From NCBI GenBank assembly GCA_963665005.2, contig CAXXTQ010000001.1, positions 1,496,382 to 1,560,381 of the forward strand: a stretch of DNA of 64,000 bases. The letters are read 5' to 3'. The translations under genes and the position numbers were made by a program. The stretch is from Christensenellaceae bacterium. Lineage in GTDB: Bacteria > Bacillota > Clostridia > Christensenellales > SZUA-584. The notes beneath the pieces were generated by a model. It worked only from the letters and a program-made list of their open reading frames with translations. It was not told the DNA's origin and did no database searches. Below, one piece after another: positions 1 through 9,595 of the stretch; position 1 is the first letter of the stretch; each line of letters begins with the position of its first letter.

Positions 1-811
1 CGAAGCATATATTTTTAAGTTGCAGCAACGGTTCGCCTGATTTTCTTTCGTTTTTCTCTTTTGGGAGTTTGTCAATATGAATGGATCGGAGCCCGATACG
101 GTTCAAAGATTCATTTGTTTGCTTTCGAAATTCGCGACCCGACAATTCCCTGTCGATCTTGCCGTTTTTGATAATAATCACTCTGCCACAAAGGTCTTTC
201 AAGTAGTGAATCCTGTGTTCAGACACAACGATCGTATGCCCCTGGTCTTTCAGTTTGTGCAGGCTATCTTTAAGCTTGTCTATGGCGTTGTTATCGAGAT
301 TTGCAGACGGCTCATCAAAAACCATGACCTTTGGCTGTCTGGCATAAACCGACGCGATCGCAATCATCTGCTTTTCCCCGCTGGAAAGTTCGAATACCGA
401 TTTGCCGAGCAGCTTTTCTATTTCAAACAGTTCAATCGCATTTTGTATCCGTGAAACCGTTTCTTCTCTTTTCAACCCCGCGTTCTCGCAGGAAAACGCT
501 ATCTCTGCAGTCGTATCCATCGCAAAGAACTGGCTTCTCGGGTCCTGAAAAACACTCCCAACCGTATGCGACAACTCCTGGATCGTATGCTCGGCAGTGT
601 TTTTTCCGTCAATCACAATATCACCAGTGAGCATACCCTCGTAGAAATCCGGCACCAGAACATTAATCAGTCTCGTAATAGTTGTCTTGCCGCATCCACT
701 GGCTCCAAGAAGCAGCACAAACTCACCGTTTTCGATATGCAGACTAACGTCTTTGAGTGTATCTTCTTCCGATGAGGCATACCTAAACGTAACATTCTTT
801 GTATCTATCAA
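1..811 (-). CDS. ECF/ABC transporter ATP-binding protein, 5' part only (gene runs off the left edge)
   Basis: Absent from the ORF track because no stop lies in the window. My minus-strand translation from TTG 811..809 reads LIDTKNVTFRY...LLLGASGCGKTT (Walker A), LSSGEKQ (signature), VMVFDEPSANLD (Walker B), VVSEHR (H-loop). It then continues beyond one cassette, as in fused double EcfA ATPases. The TTG overlaps the upstream TGA (TTGA). Confidence 0.85.
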   Translation of the reverse strand, partial: MIDTKNVTFRYASSEEDTLKDVSLHIENGEFVLLLGASGCGKTTITRLINVLVPDFYEGMLTGDIVIDGKNTAEHTIQELSHTVGSVFQDPRSQFFAMDTTAEIAFSCENAGLKREETVSRIQNAIELFEIEKLLGKSVFELSSGEKQMIAIASVYARQPKVMVFDEPSANLDNNAIDKLKDSLHKLKDQGHTIVVSEHRIHYLKDLCGRVIIIKNGKIDRELSGREFRKQTNESLNRIGLRSIHIDKLPKEKNERKSGEPLLQLKNICF

Positions 812-1548
812 ACAAACTCTCCTTTTAGTTTAGAGCCAAATATACTTGCCGATACGATAGCGGCAATAAATAAGAGTGTGATTAGAACATCCGATGTTTT
901 GATTTTCACCTCATGGTAAGAGACTCTTTTTGTCTCCAGATCAAGCCCCCTTGTCATTGCAGAAGCAGCCAGTTCATCGGCTATGGTAAAGCAGCGTATC
1001 ACTAAGGGCACAATGGAATATTCAATCGTTTTTAACGGACGTATTATTACATTTTTGAAATTAAGCCCGACACCTCTTAACCTCATTGTCTTTTTGATGT
1101 AACCAAACTCCTGTCTGACGGTTGGCATATATCTGAATGTAACCGCCATGGTAATTGTTATCCCTTTTGGCATGTGCATATTCTCTATAGCCGTTACAAA
1201 ATCCCCCACTTTCAATCTCGAAGCCATCCATATTCCCATAATCACAAATGCGGATATCCGCTGCAGGAACTGAAAGATCATGCAAAAAACATTTTGAAAT
1301 TGGTCATTTTGAATCAATTCTCCCGCTTCTGCGACCAGTGTCAAAGCCATGATGTAGAGTAACACCTTTAAGCCTTTTAAATACAGCCTGCTCGAAAAAA
1401 ACAATATTAGTATCAAGATATAATTAAGCATCAGTACAAAGTTATCAGGCGACAAAAAAGTAAACGCAGTAAAAACGACCACAAGAAGCAGTTTCATTCG
1501 CGGATCCAGCTCTTCTATAATGTTGCCCCTGCCGACATCCAAATCCAT
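808..1548 (-). CDS. ecfT: ECF transporter transmembrane (T) component, CbiQ/EcfT family
   Basis: 246-aa polytopic membrane protein sitting between an S-like component and the ATPase. It has the C-terminal R-rich coupling-helix region (TMRLRGVG ... ASAMTRGLD) typical of EcfT. It is tightly packed with its neighbours. Confidence 0.75.
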   Translation of the reverse strand: MDLDVGRGNIIEELDPRMKLLLVVVFTAFTFLSPDNFVLMLNYILILILFFSSRLYLKGLKVLLYIMALTLVAEAGELIQNDQFQNVFCMIFQFLQRISAFVIMGIWMASRLKVGDFVTAIENMHMPKGITITMAVTFRYMPTVRQEFGYIKKTMRLRGVGLNFKNVIIRPLKTIEYSIVPLVIRCFTIADELAASAMTRGLDLETKRVSYHEVKIKTSDVLITLLFIAAIVSASIFGSKLKGEFV

Positions 1549-1550
1549 GT

Positions 1551-2153
1551 TTAAACGATTCCAGCCTTTTTAAAATGCTTTTTAAGCAGCAGTTTCCCTA
1601 AAAATGCTCCCGCTATACAGCAGGCGATAACAGCGGCAAGCCCTGCAAAAAACATCGAGCCCGAAGCGAAGTTTTTCAGCTCTGTATATAATTCAACATA
1701 TTGGTCCGGCAGAATTTTTGTTGCATTAGCAAAGAGAATCAGAGGCACTATGATCCCCAGATACCAGGAAGTAATCTGTATTGTAAAGCATATCGCCATG
1801 GTTTTAAACTTCTTTCTGTCCATCCTCTGCCAAATGATCTCGCCAATTGCGCCGCCCGCAGCCAAGAATGCGCTCAACGGCCAGAAGTTTATAACCTGTA
1901 TAAGCGCAAGTACGATGCCGAATATCAGTACAGTCCACTTTTTGTTCACCTTTGAATAAAGCAGCAGGAATACTGTACCCCATAGCAGCGCGCACGCTGC
2001 TTGCGCAAATAGATTGCCGGCTATTGTCAGACCGATAGGTATAGCTATAGCAGCATTCACAATATATACCAGAACCAGTGCCAGCGCAATTGTAATATAG
2101 TCCCTTACCGAAAGCTTGTTTTTGTTTTTTTCCTTTAAATTTGCCTTGCTCAT
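1551..2153 (-). CDS. Small integral membrane protein, putative ECF substrate-capture (S) component (Trep_Strep/MptD-like)
   Basis: 200 aa with a K-rich N-terminus followed by about 6 hydrophobic segments. It lies immediately upstream of EcfT, separated by a 2-nt gap. The family assignment is from memory of TIGR02185-type proteins, not from a search. Confidence 0.55.
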   Translation of the reverse strand: MSKANLKEKNKNKLSVRDYITIALALVLVYIVNAAIAIPIGLTIAGNLFAQAACALLWGTVFLLLYSKVNKKWTVLIFGIVLALIQVINFWPLSAFLAAGGAIGEIIWQRMDRKKFKTMAICFTIQITSWYLGIIVPLILFANATKILPDQYVELYTELKNFASGSMFFAGLAAVIACCIAGAFLGKLLLKKHFKKAGIV

Positions 2154-2168
2154 TTAACGACCTCCTGA

Positions 2169-3914
2169 TTATATATTCCAGCCTTCTGCTGTTTTTCTGA
2201 TATCAATAAATCTTTTATATACACCGTCTGCCTTCACCAGATCGTCATGCTTGCCCTGCTGTGAAATCTGCCCTTCCTTCATGACGATGATATTGTCAGC
2301 GTTGCTGACCGTTGACAGCTTATGCGCAATCACAATAACTGTCTTACCTTTTGTTAACTCGTTGATCGCGCTTTGTATGAAATGCTCGTTTTCCGGGTCG
2401 ATGCTCGCGGTTGCTTCATCCAGTATCACAATAGGCGCATTCTTTAGCATTGCCCTTGCAATGGATATGCGCTGTTTTTCGCCGCCGGATAATGTACTCC
2501 CGCCTTCGCCGACGATCGTTTCATACCCTTGCGGCAATTCAGAGATAAACTCATGGCAGCGAGCCTTTTTTGCGGCTGATATCACCTCGTCCTCCGTGGC
2601 TTTTGGATTGCCTAATTTAATATTGTTTGCTACGGTATCGTGGAAAAGATAAACGTTTTGAAATACCATGCTGATATTTTTCAGCAGGCTGTCGCAGGTA
2701 AGCTCACGTACACTGTGTCCGCCGATCTTTACAGCCCCGCTCTTCACGTCATAAAATCGTGCAATAAGATTACAAAGAGTTGTTTTCCCGCTGCCGGACG
2801 GCCCGACGATTGCTGTCATACTGTTTTCAGGTATGGTGAAGGATATATTTTTTATGACCTCCATATTGTCATATGCAAATGTGACATTTTCAAACTCAAT
2901 GCTGTAATCCGTAAGCTTTATGTCTTTACCATCCTCGTCGATGAACGCGCTTTGCTTCAGACTATTCAGATTATTAATATTACTGTCAATAATGTTGAGT
3001 AGATGAGTACCTCCGCAAGCTGATTCTATAGAGGCGAAAATCGAGAAGGTAAACATCAGCATCATAACAGAATAAAGCAGGCTCATACCGCCGTTAATTG
3101 TTAGCAGCGAGACAACAAAAATTATGCCGCCCGCAGCCAGCTTCAATGATAACCCGTACAAAGCATCAATAGGCGCATAGCTTATCTCGGCTTTAATGCT
3201 GACATCCCGGCTGTCCCTGAATGCTTTTCGTATAGAGTTTAATGCCTTACCCTCATTGCCGTATGATTTTATCTGACTAAGGCCATGCAAATATTCGATC
3301 ACGCTTCGGGTCATATCCTCTTGAGCCCTGTGAACCTTAGGTACAACCCTTTTCCCAAGCTTGCTGACAATGTTTATAAATATAAGGGATACGGATACAC
3401 CCAAAAGGCCAATCAAAGCCGTAACAGGATTAAAAAACGCAAGGCAAAGCAGTATTGCAGCCGTGGCGATATATCCCTCGACTATGATGTTCACCGATTT
3501 CATTCCAATGCCTTCCAGTAAAGTTAGCTCAGATGAAACCGTTGCGGTAATATCTCCAGTTTTGTGTTTTTCAAAGTATCCCAAGGGCACGCGCTTGAGA
3601 ATATTCCCCACATCTATACGCTCATCCGCCGTCGCTTTGTAGCCGATGGTATCCAGCGTTGAATAACGCAGATAATTAAACAGGGAATTAAGCAGTATTG
3701 CAAGCCCTATGCCAAGTGCCATATAAAGCGCAAGATGTTCCGGCAGAGGCGATTCTCCCTTTGCGGCAAGAATAATATAATGCACCGAATATGCGCCGAG
3801 CATAAGAGGGAGTATTTTAAAAATCGTGGCGAAAAACGCGCATACAAGACCTAAGTACATCGTTTTTTTATATTTACCCATCCAACGTATAACAGTTCTT
3901 AATGTTTTAAACAT
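2169..3914 (-). CDS. ABC exporter, fused permease/ATPase (heterodimer partner 2)
   Basis: N-terminal 6-TM domain, then GPSGSGKTT, LSGGEKQRISIARA and IVILDEATASID. I place the start at ATG 3914 (MFKTLRTV...) rather than the track's 4007. This gives an ATGTTTAA overlap with the upstream gene's stop. Confidence 0.9.
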   Translation of the reverse strand: MFKTLRTVIRWMGKYKKTMYLGLVCAFFATIFKILPLMLGAYSVHYIILAAKGESPLPEHLALYMALGIGLAILLNSLFNYLRYSTLDTIGYKATADERIDVGNILKRVPLGYFEKHKTGDITATVSSELTLLEGIGMKSVNIIVEGYIATAAILLCLAFFNPVTALIGLLGVSVSLIFINIVSKLGKRVVPKVHRAQEDMTRSVIEYLHGLSQIKSYGNEGKALNSIRKAFRDSRDVSIKAEISYAPIDALYGLSLKLAAGGIIFVVSLLTINGGMSLLYSVMMLMFTFSIFASIESACGGTHLLNIIDSNINNLNSLKQSAFIDEDGKDIKLTDYSIEFENVTFAYDNMEVIKNISFTIPENSMTAIVGPSGSGKTTLCNLIARFYDVKSGAVKIGGHSVRELTCDSLLKNISMVFQNVYLFHDTVANNIKLGNPKATEDEVISAAKKARCHEFISELPQGYETIVGEGGSTLSGGEKQRISIARAMLKNAPIVILDEATASIDPENEHFIQSAINELTKGKTVIVIAHKLSTVSNADNIIVMKEGQISQQGKHDDLVKADGVYKRFIDIRKTAEGWNI

Positions 3915-5664
3915 ATGCCTCACCTCTCTTGGGCGTCCAGCTTTTTGAGTCAATGTGCGCTCGCCACATACTGTGATATACTTCACTTTCTTCAAGAAGC
4001 CTTTCATGACTATTCATGGCCTTTATTTCACCCTTGTCGATTAAAATGATTTTATCGGCGCGGGTAATCGTTGAAAGCCGGTGTGCGATAACCACTAAGG
4101 TTTTTCCCTTTGCCAGAGCTGAAATAGACTTTTGTATTTCCCATTCATTTTCAGGGTCTGTGTATGTTGTGGCTTCGTCTAAAATAACGATAGGCGCATT
4201 TTTCAAAATCGCCCGCGCTATACTGATTCGTTGCTTTTCTCCGCCGGACAGTCGGTTCCCCGCTTCTCCGGCCGTTGTGTTATATCCGTTTTCAAGCGCG
4301 CTTATAAAGTCATGGCAGCGTGCCTTCTTTGCCGCTTGGATGTCGGCTTCGTCACTGGCCTTCGGATTTCCCATTCGGATATTTTCGAGCAGAGAACAAT
4401 CAAACAGGAAATTATCCTGAGTCACAAAGCTTATGGTCTGTGCCAGCTGTTTTAAAGGTATGTTCCGAAGGCTTGTACCGCCGATGGTGATATCACCTGA
4501 GGAAACGTCCCAAAAACGCGCAATCAGCCGCGCCATGGTGGATTTACCGCTTCCCGACGGTCCAACTAATGCGCAAAACGTATCTTGACCCATCTTCAAA
4601 TTTATATTTTTCAGCACTTGTGCTTCCCCGTTATAAGAGAAGGAAACATCTTTAAATTCAATGCTATGATTTTTTATTACCACATCAGTTTCGCTGTTGT
4701 GCAGCTGCTCCACATTCAGGAACTCACTTGTATCGTCTACCGCATACTGAATCATCTTTATGTCGTTAACAAAAACGGAAAGGTTCATCAAAGGAGGAGC
4801 TATGCCGATTCCCAAAGCTACGCAAAGCACAAATTCCGCAGGAGTAAGCGCGCCGGTTTGACTCAGAATAATTCCGACGGGGACAATTCCTAACAGTGTC
4901 GTGGGCAGCAGCGCCATCATAAGGCCAAGCGGTGCCATAACGCTTTTGCCCCAATCAAGTATGTGATTTTTAAAGCCGTTTACGGCTTTTTCAAACTTTT
5001 TATAGGATGTATCCGTCTGGTTAAACATTTTTATCTCTTTTATACCCTCGGCATACTCAACAATAACGCTGTTGATATTGTCGCTTATTTTCATGGCGTT
5101 TTGATATTTTGCGGTATAGTTACTGAGGGTGATCAATCCGATAGCCAGTGCTATAGGTACGGGAATCATTGCCGCAAGCGCCATTCTGTAATCAACGCTG
5201 ATCAAATATACAAAAACGCTGACAGAAATCAAAATATTGGACAAGCCTTCAGGTATCATATGTGCTATGGGAAGCTCAATAACCTCAACTCTGTCTATTA
5301 CGGCGTTTTTAATTCGCCCGACCTTTTCGTTTATTACTACTCCGAGAGGCGCATCCATCAGCTTCTCGCATATTTTCAGCCTGAGATTATTTAAAATGGT
5401 ATACGCCGATATGTGGGACAATGCTGTGGACAAGGCGTGAAAAACAAGTTTTATTACATAGCCCGCAAGACAAACCAGCACCCACGGCAGCACATCACCA
5501 AATACTGGTGCATCACCGGTCAATATGATTACAAGATTGTATATGCCGTAATAGGGAACCAAGCCGCCTAATACGCCGATTATGGCGAACAGGACAGACG
5601 CAATCATCTTGCCTCTGCAGTGTCTTGTATGCCGTAAAACTGTTTTACTCCAATGCTCTTTCAT
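3907..5664 (-). CDS. ABC exporter, fused permease/ATPase (heterodimer partner 1)
   Basis: 585 aa with a TM domain plus GPSGSGKST, LSGGEKQRISIARA and IVILDEATTYTD. A GGGAG RBS overlaps the AraC stop codon. Confidence 0.9.
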   Translation of the reverse strand: MKEHWSKTVLRHTRHCRGKMIASVLFAIIGVLGGLVPYYGIYNLVIILTGDAPVFGDVLPWVLVCLAGYVIKLVFHALSTALSHISAYTILNNLRLKICEKLMDAPLGVVINEKVGRIKNAVIDRVEVIELPIAHMIPEGLSNILISVSVFVYLISVDYRMALAAMIPVPIALAIGLITLSNYTAKYQNAMKISDNINSVIVEYAEGIKEIKMFNQTDTSYKKFEKAVNGFKNHILDWGKSVMAPLGLMMALLPTTLLGIVPVGIILSQTGALTPAEFVLCVALGIGIAPPLMNLSVFVNDIKMIQYAVDDTSEFLNVEQLHNSETDVVIKNHSIEFKDVSFSYNGEAQVLKNINLKMGQDTFCALVGPSGSGKSTMARLIARFWDVSSGDITIGGTSLRNIPLKQLAQTISFVTQDNFLFDCSLLENIRMGNPKASDEADIQAAKKARCHDFISALENGYNTTAGEAGNRLSGGEKQRISIARAILKNAPIVILDEATTYTDPENEWEIQKSISALAKGKTLVVIAHRLSTITRADKIILIDKGEIKAMNSHERLLEESEVYHSMWRAHIDSKSWTPKRGEAYV

Positions 5665-5674
5665 GTATTACTCC

Positions 5675-6640
5675 CTAAACAATGACGTTATTTACTTTGC
5701 GTTTCCTGTACTCGTTCGGCAGTGCTCCGATTACCTGCTTAAATGCGGCGGAAAACTTGCTGGGATTGGTATATCCGACAGACAGCGCAGCCTCGGCAAC
5801 AGACAGATCCGATTGCAGGAGTGCATTTGCGGTATATTGCATGCGGTATTTACGCATATATGCGTATATCGTATTCCCGTATACACCCTTAAAACAGCTT
5901 GTCATCGGGGTCAGCGGTATATCAAATTTTCTGGATAATTCTTCAAGGGTATAATGATGCTCCAAATCATTGATCAGCATCTCGTGCATCTTCTTGATCT
6001 TGGCCACATGGGATTTATAGAAATACTCGTTCTTTATTTCAAGGTCGTCCGTGCTCATTGAGTCTAAATACAACAGCAGCTCAAAGATTTTTATTTTTAT
6101 ATATGCTTGCTTGTTTTTTTCTTTGGCATTTTTTATGTCTTTGAAGATAGTATCCAATTCGGGATTGTTCCGGATTAAATACGGATAGGGCTCGGTTGTG
6201 AATTTCTCTTTGAGCTTCCTGATATCGACCGGGAAGCTTTTTAAATTCTCCTGTGTCGACTCCTGTGCCTGGGGGAGGAAAAATGAGACGGTTACCGCGT
6301 GATAGTGATTAAGCGGAAGAAAGTAACTGCTGGTAACGTATTGTCTATCATCCATACTTAAATCCCCAGCTTGCTGGTAGAAGCATGACCCGTTATTCAG
6401 TGACCATTCCAGCCTGCCCACATAGCAGTAGTCCAGGCAAAACACTTCCGCGTTGTGGCGGATTTCGCTGACCATGCTTTTCATATGAACATCGTCGTAC
6501 ATCACATAGACGCCATCCATAATCTCATATGATGTCATAACGCACTCGCCAGTCTCGTTTCGGATAACATATACCTGACAGTCGTCGTTTTCTGTAACAG
6601 ATACAGATGTACCCATGTTTATTTGCTCAATCCCTGCCAT
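5675..6640 (-). CDS. AraC-family transcriptional regulator
   Basis: The C-terminus carries a double HTH of AraC type (YTLEELSRKFDIPLTPMTSCFK...; SVAEAALSVGYTNPSKFSAAFKQVIG). It is the first gene of the same-strand six-gene block. Confidence 0.85.
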   Translation of the reverse strand: MAGIEQINMGTSVSVTENDDCQVYVIRNETGECVMTSYEIMDGVYVMYDDVHMKSMVSEIRHNAEVFCLDYCYVGRLEWSLNNGSCFYQQAGDLSMDDRQYVTSSYFLPLNHYHAVTVSFFLPQAQESTQENLKSFPVDIRKLKEKFTTEPYPYLIRNNPELDTIFKDIKNAKEKNKQAYIKIKIFELLLYLDSMSTDDLEIKNEYFYKSHVAKIKKMHEMLINDLEHHYTLEELSRKFDIPLTPMTSCFKGVYGNTIYAYMRKYRMQYTANALLQSDLSVAEAALSVGYTNPSKFSAAFKQVIGALPNEYRKRKVNNVIV

Positions 6641-6939
6641 AATAACTCCCTTGCAGTAAGTTAGTTTACGCTAACCTATTTGTTATAGTATACCACATGT
6701 TTAATATGTTCCACTCCGTTAAGTTGGATCATGCTCCGTTTTGTTGGGAATGTTACTGGACAATAAGCTAAAGAAAAATAACAAGTTAATAGTGTCTCCT
6801 TAGAAAAAAATTTACTTGAAAGATATTCTTAACTGATATTAAAAGAGAAATGATATATGTAAATACAAAAATTTGGTTATATAACGGAAATACTTTCACC
6901 GTTACAGGATCCTTGTTTTTTTGATGAAAAAGTCCTTGA

Positions 6940-7767
6940 CAATTCGTTTCCGGGAAAACCGCAAAATCAATTTTAGTTGCGTGCGCTGTACGGCTTGCGG
7001 CTTTTAATTTGCAACAGATACGGGATATAACGAGTGATGACGAACTGGATATAGCGAGTTTGGGGAAGAAAAAGAGAGCTCTATTTGCAGTGATACCCGA
7101 TAATGATACGACATTTAATTTCCTAATTGGAATTCTGTATACACAAATTTTTCAAAAGCTATATTACGAGGCAGACCATAAGTATGAAGGCAGATTACCG
7201 ATGCACGTTCATTTTATGCTTGATGAGTTTCCGAACGTCGCCCTACCGGAGGATTTCGACAAATGCCTTGCTACAATGCGGTCAAGAGGTATATCAGCAA
7301 GCATTATTATTCAGAATCTGGCACAGCTAAAAAGCATGTTCAAGGGTGACAATCATATGTGGGAAAATATCGGAGGAAATTGTGACAGCATGCTTTTTCT
7401 AGGCGGGAATGAGCCGAATACACATGAGTATATTTCAAAAATGTTAGGCAAGGCAACAATTGAAACAAGGACATATGGACACAACAAAGGGCGTAATGGC
7501 TCATATTCGACTAACAGGCAGATTGTTGGCAGAGAGTTAATGCTGCCGAATGAAGTCAGAGAGTTTGATAACGATTACGGATTGCTTTTTATTCGTGGAG
7601 TAAAGCCCGTATTGGACAAAAAGTACGACATAAAGAAACACAGAAATAACCATTTAACGACCAATGGAAAAGGTGAACCATATGTTCACGTTCACTACCA
7701 AATTGAAACTATTGCATTTAAAGATTTTGATTTTGAGCGTGCCGGCGATTACATAATTTTAGAATAG
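6940..7767 (+). pseudogene. VirD4/TraG-type coupling protein, C-terminal ~275 codons only
   Basis: The frame is open from 6940 (QFVSGKTAKSILVACAVRLAAFNL...) into the 7009 ORF (LFAVIPDNDTTFNFL...HFMLDEFPNVALPEDF...SRGISASIIIQNLAQLK). It lacks the N-terminal TM and Walker A parts. In-frame stops lie just upstream at 6922..6927 and 6937..6939. Confidence 0.8.
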
Positions 7768-7846
7768 GATTGCATTCCATTTAACTCATATTAAAGGCTT
7801 ATAGGTTAGCCTAAAATAACCTAAAATATGAATTTAGGAGTTAATT

Positions 7847-8152
7847 ATGAAACGTAAAAAGAATATTAAGAGAATTATCGCTGTAACCGCTGTAATGGCG
7901 GTTTTTTTAATGACGGCTACTACGGCATATGCTGATGGTGACCCACTTCAGGTTGTAAATAACTTAAGTGATTTTATATTCAGTATGATTCGAGCTATTG
8001 GCGTTATCCTGCTTGGTTTTGGCATAGTGCAGATTGGTATGAGCTTAAAATCCCATGATCCATCACAGAGAAGCAACGGTTTTCTCACCTTTTTCGGCGG
8101 TGTTGTCATAATGTTTGCAAAAGAGATATTGACCCTTATTACCGGAGGATGA
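7847..8152 (+). CDS. Maff2-family small membrane protein (conjugative element)
   Basis: 101 aa with a signal/TM segment, an ADG..., and a second hydrophobic hairpin (AIGVILLGFGIVQIGMSLKSHDPSQRSNG). Size and position after the coupling protein fit Maff2. Confidence 0.7.
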   Translation: MKRKKNIKRIIAVTAVMAVFLMTATTAYADGDPLQVVNNLSDFIFSMIRAIGVILLGFGIVQIGMSLKSHDPSQRSNGFLTFFGGVVIMFAKEILTLITGG

Positions 8153-8229
8153 CAGCTATTGAAACTCGAATCCCACTGTCTCCTTAGAGATAGGGGGATT
8201 CGTTATTTAAATCAAGGAGGTGAATATTT

Positions 8230-9051
8230 TTGTGGATAATAGATAACTTAGAAAACGCACTCAAAACATGGAATGAGAAATTAGCAGAAATATGGAGTCT
8301 GATTACGCAGTCCCCACAAACTTTTCGTGGCGGTAATATCTGGGATGTCATCGTAGGGATAAATGGAGCATTGCAAGCAATAGGGTATGCTTTGTTAGTC
8401 TTGTTTTTTGTTGTGGGCATGGTAAAGAGCACGGCCAATTTGCAGGAAATAAAAAGGCCCGAAGTGGCTTTGCGTCTTTTCATTCGCTTTGCTCTGGCAA
8501 AGGCGGCTGTTACGTGGGGAATGGAAATACTCACAAGTATATTTCAAATATGCCAAGGTATTGTGCAGACCGCCGCAGGTAGTATGGGCATCGCTACGGA
8601 AGTTACATTGCCTGCTGAGATGGTAGACGCAGTTAGCAATTTGGGATTTTTTGAAAAAATACCGATATGGGCAGTCAGCTTAATCGGTTCGCTGTTTATA
8701 ATCATCTTGTCATTCATCATGCTGATGACTGTTTACGGCAGATTTTTTAAACTATATTTGTACACAGCCATCGCCCCGATACCCTTATCCAGTTTTGCAG
8801 GAGAAGGAACATCAAGTATGGGTAAAGCATTCTTAAAGAGTTATGCAGGCGTTTGCTTAGAAGGCGCAATTATAGTCCTTGCTTGTGTAATATTTTCCGT
8901 ATTTGCAGCTTCGCCGCCCAATGTTGATATGGATATGTCAGCTTCAAAGATCGTTTGGGCGTACATGGGTGAAATGATATTTAATTTATTGGTACTTGTA
9001 GGAACGGTAAAAATGGCAGACAAGATCGTGAAAGAGATGTTAGGATTTTGA
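8230..9051 (+). CDS. VirB6/TrbL-like polytopic T4SS membrane protein
   Basis: 273 aa with multiple TM segments, a TTG start about 10 nt after AAGGAGG, and the expected position in the T4SS module. Confidence 0.6.
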   Translation: MWIIDNLENALKTWNEKLAEIWSLITQSPQTFRGGNIWDVIVGINGALQAIGYALLVLFFVVGMVKSTANLQEIKRPEVALRLFIRFALAKAAVTWGMEILTSIFQICQGIVQTAAGSMGIATEVTLPAEMVDAVSNLGFFEKIPIWAVSLIGSLFIIILSFIMLMTVYGRFFKLYLYTAIAPIPLSSFAGEGTSSMGKAFLKSYAGVCLEGAIIVLACVIFSVFAASPPNVDMDMSASKIVWAYMGEMIFNLLVLVGTVKMADKIVKEMLGF

Positions 9052-9114
9052 TTTTTATATAAGAAATCAAAAAATAAGCAATTGCACCTATTGGTGCTTT
9101 TTTTGGAGGAAAAA

Positions 9115-9594
9115 ATGGAAATTAAAATACCCCGTGAGGTTAGAAAATATAAGGAAACAATTTTCTTCGGACTGTCCATGCGGCAGTTTTTTTGCAGCGC
9201 AATAGCAGTTGGTATAGCTGTACTTGCATATTTTGCATTACGTGAGACTCTAGGGAATGAAGGCGTATCATGGATATGCATATTGGTTGCCCTGCCCATA
9301 GCATTAATAGGCTTTGTAACCTATCACGAAATGACACTTGAACATTTTATTATGGTATGGATTAAGTCTGAATGGTTAATGCCAAAACGCCTGTATTTCA
9401 AATCAGATAACTATATGTACACGGCATATGAAAAATTAAAAGTAGATAAAAAACAGCAACAGAAAACACAAAAGCGAATAGAAACAATTGAACGTTTGAA
9501 AAACGGGGTTAAGAAAATTCAAGCTATGATTGTAAAATATTTTGCTTTAGCAAAACGATATATTCAAAATCGAATAAATTGGAGGAAAAAATAG
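9115..9594 (+). CDS. PrgI/TcpE-like small T4SS membrane protein
   Basis: The N-terminus MEIKIPREVRKYKETIFFGLSMRQFFCSAIAVG matches the PrgI-family pattern. The start is taken at ATG 9115, behind GGAGGA, rather than the track's TTG 9082. Confidence 0.7.
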   Translation: MEIKIPREVRKYKETIFFGLSMRQFFCSAIAVGIAVLAYFALRETLGNEGVSWICILVALPIALIGFVTYHEMTLEHFIMVWIKSEWLMPKRLYFKSDNYMYTAYEKLKVDKKQQQKTQKRIETIERLKNGVKKIQAMIVKYFALAKRYIQNRINWRKK

Positions 9595-9595
9595 A

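Noticed and set aside
77-775. Three plus-strand ORFs from the track (125, 99 and 69 aa)
   Set aside because: They lie antisense to a clear minus-strand ABC ATPase gene with intact Walker A, signature and Walker B motifs. Their translations have no recognisable features.
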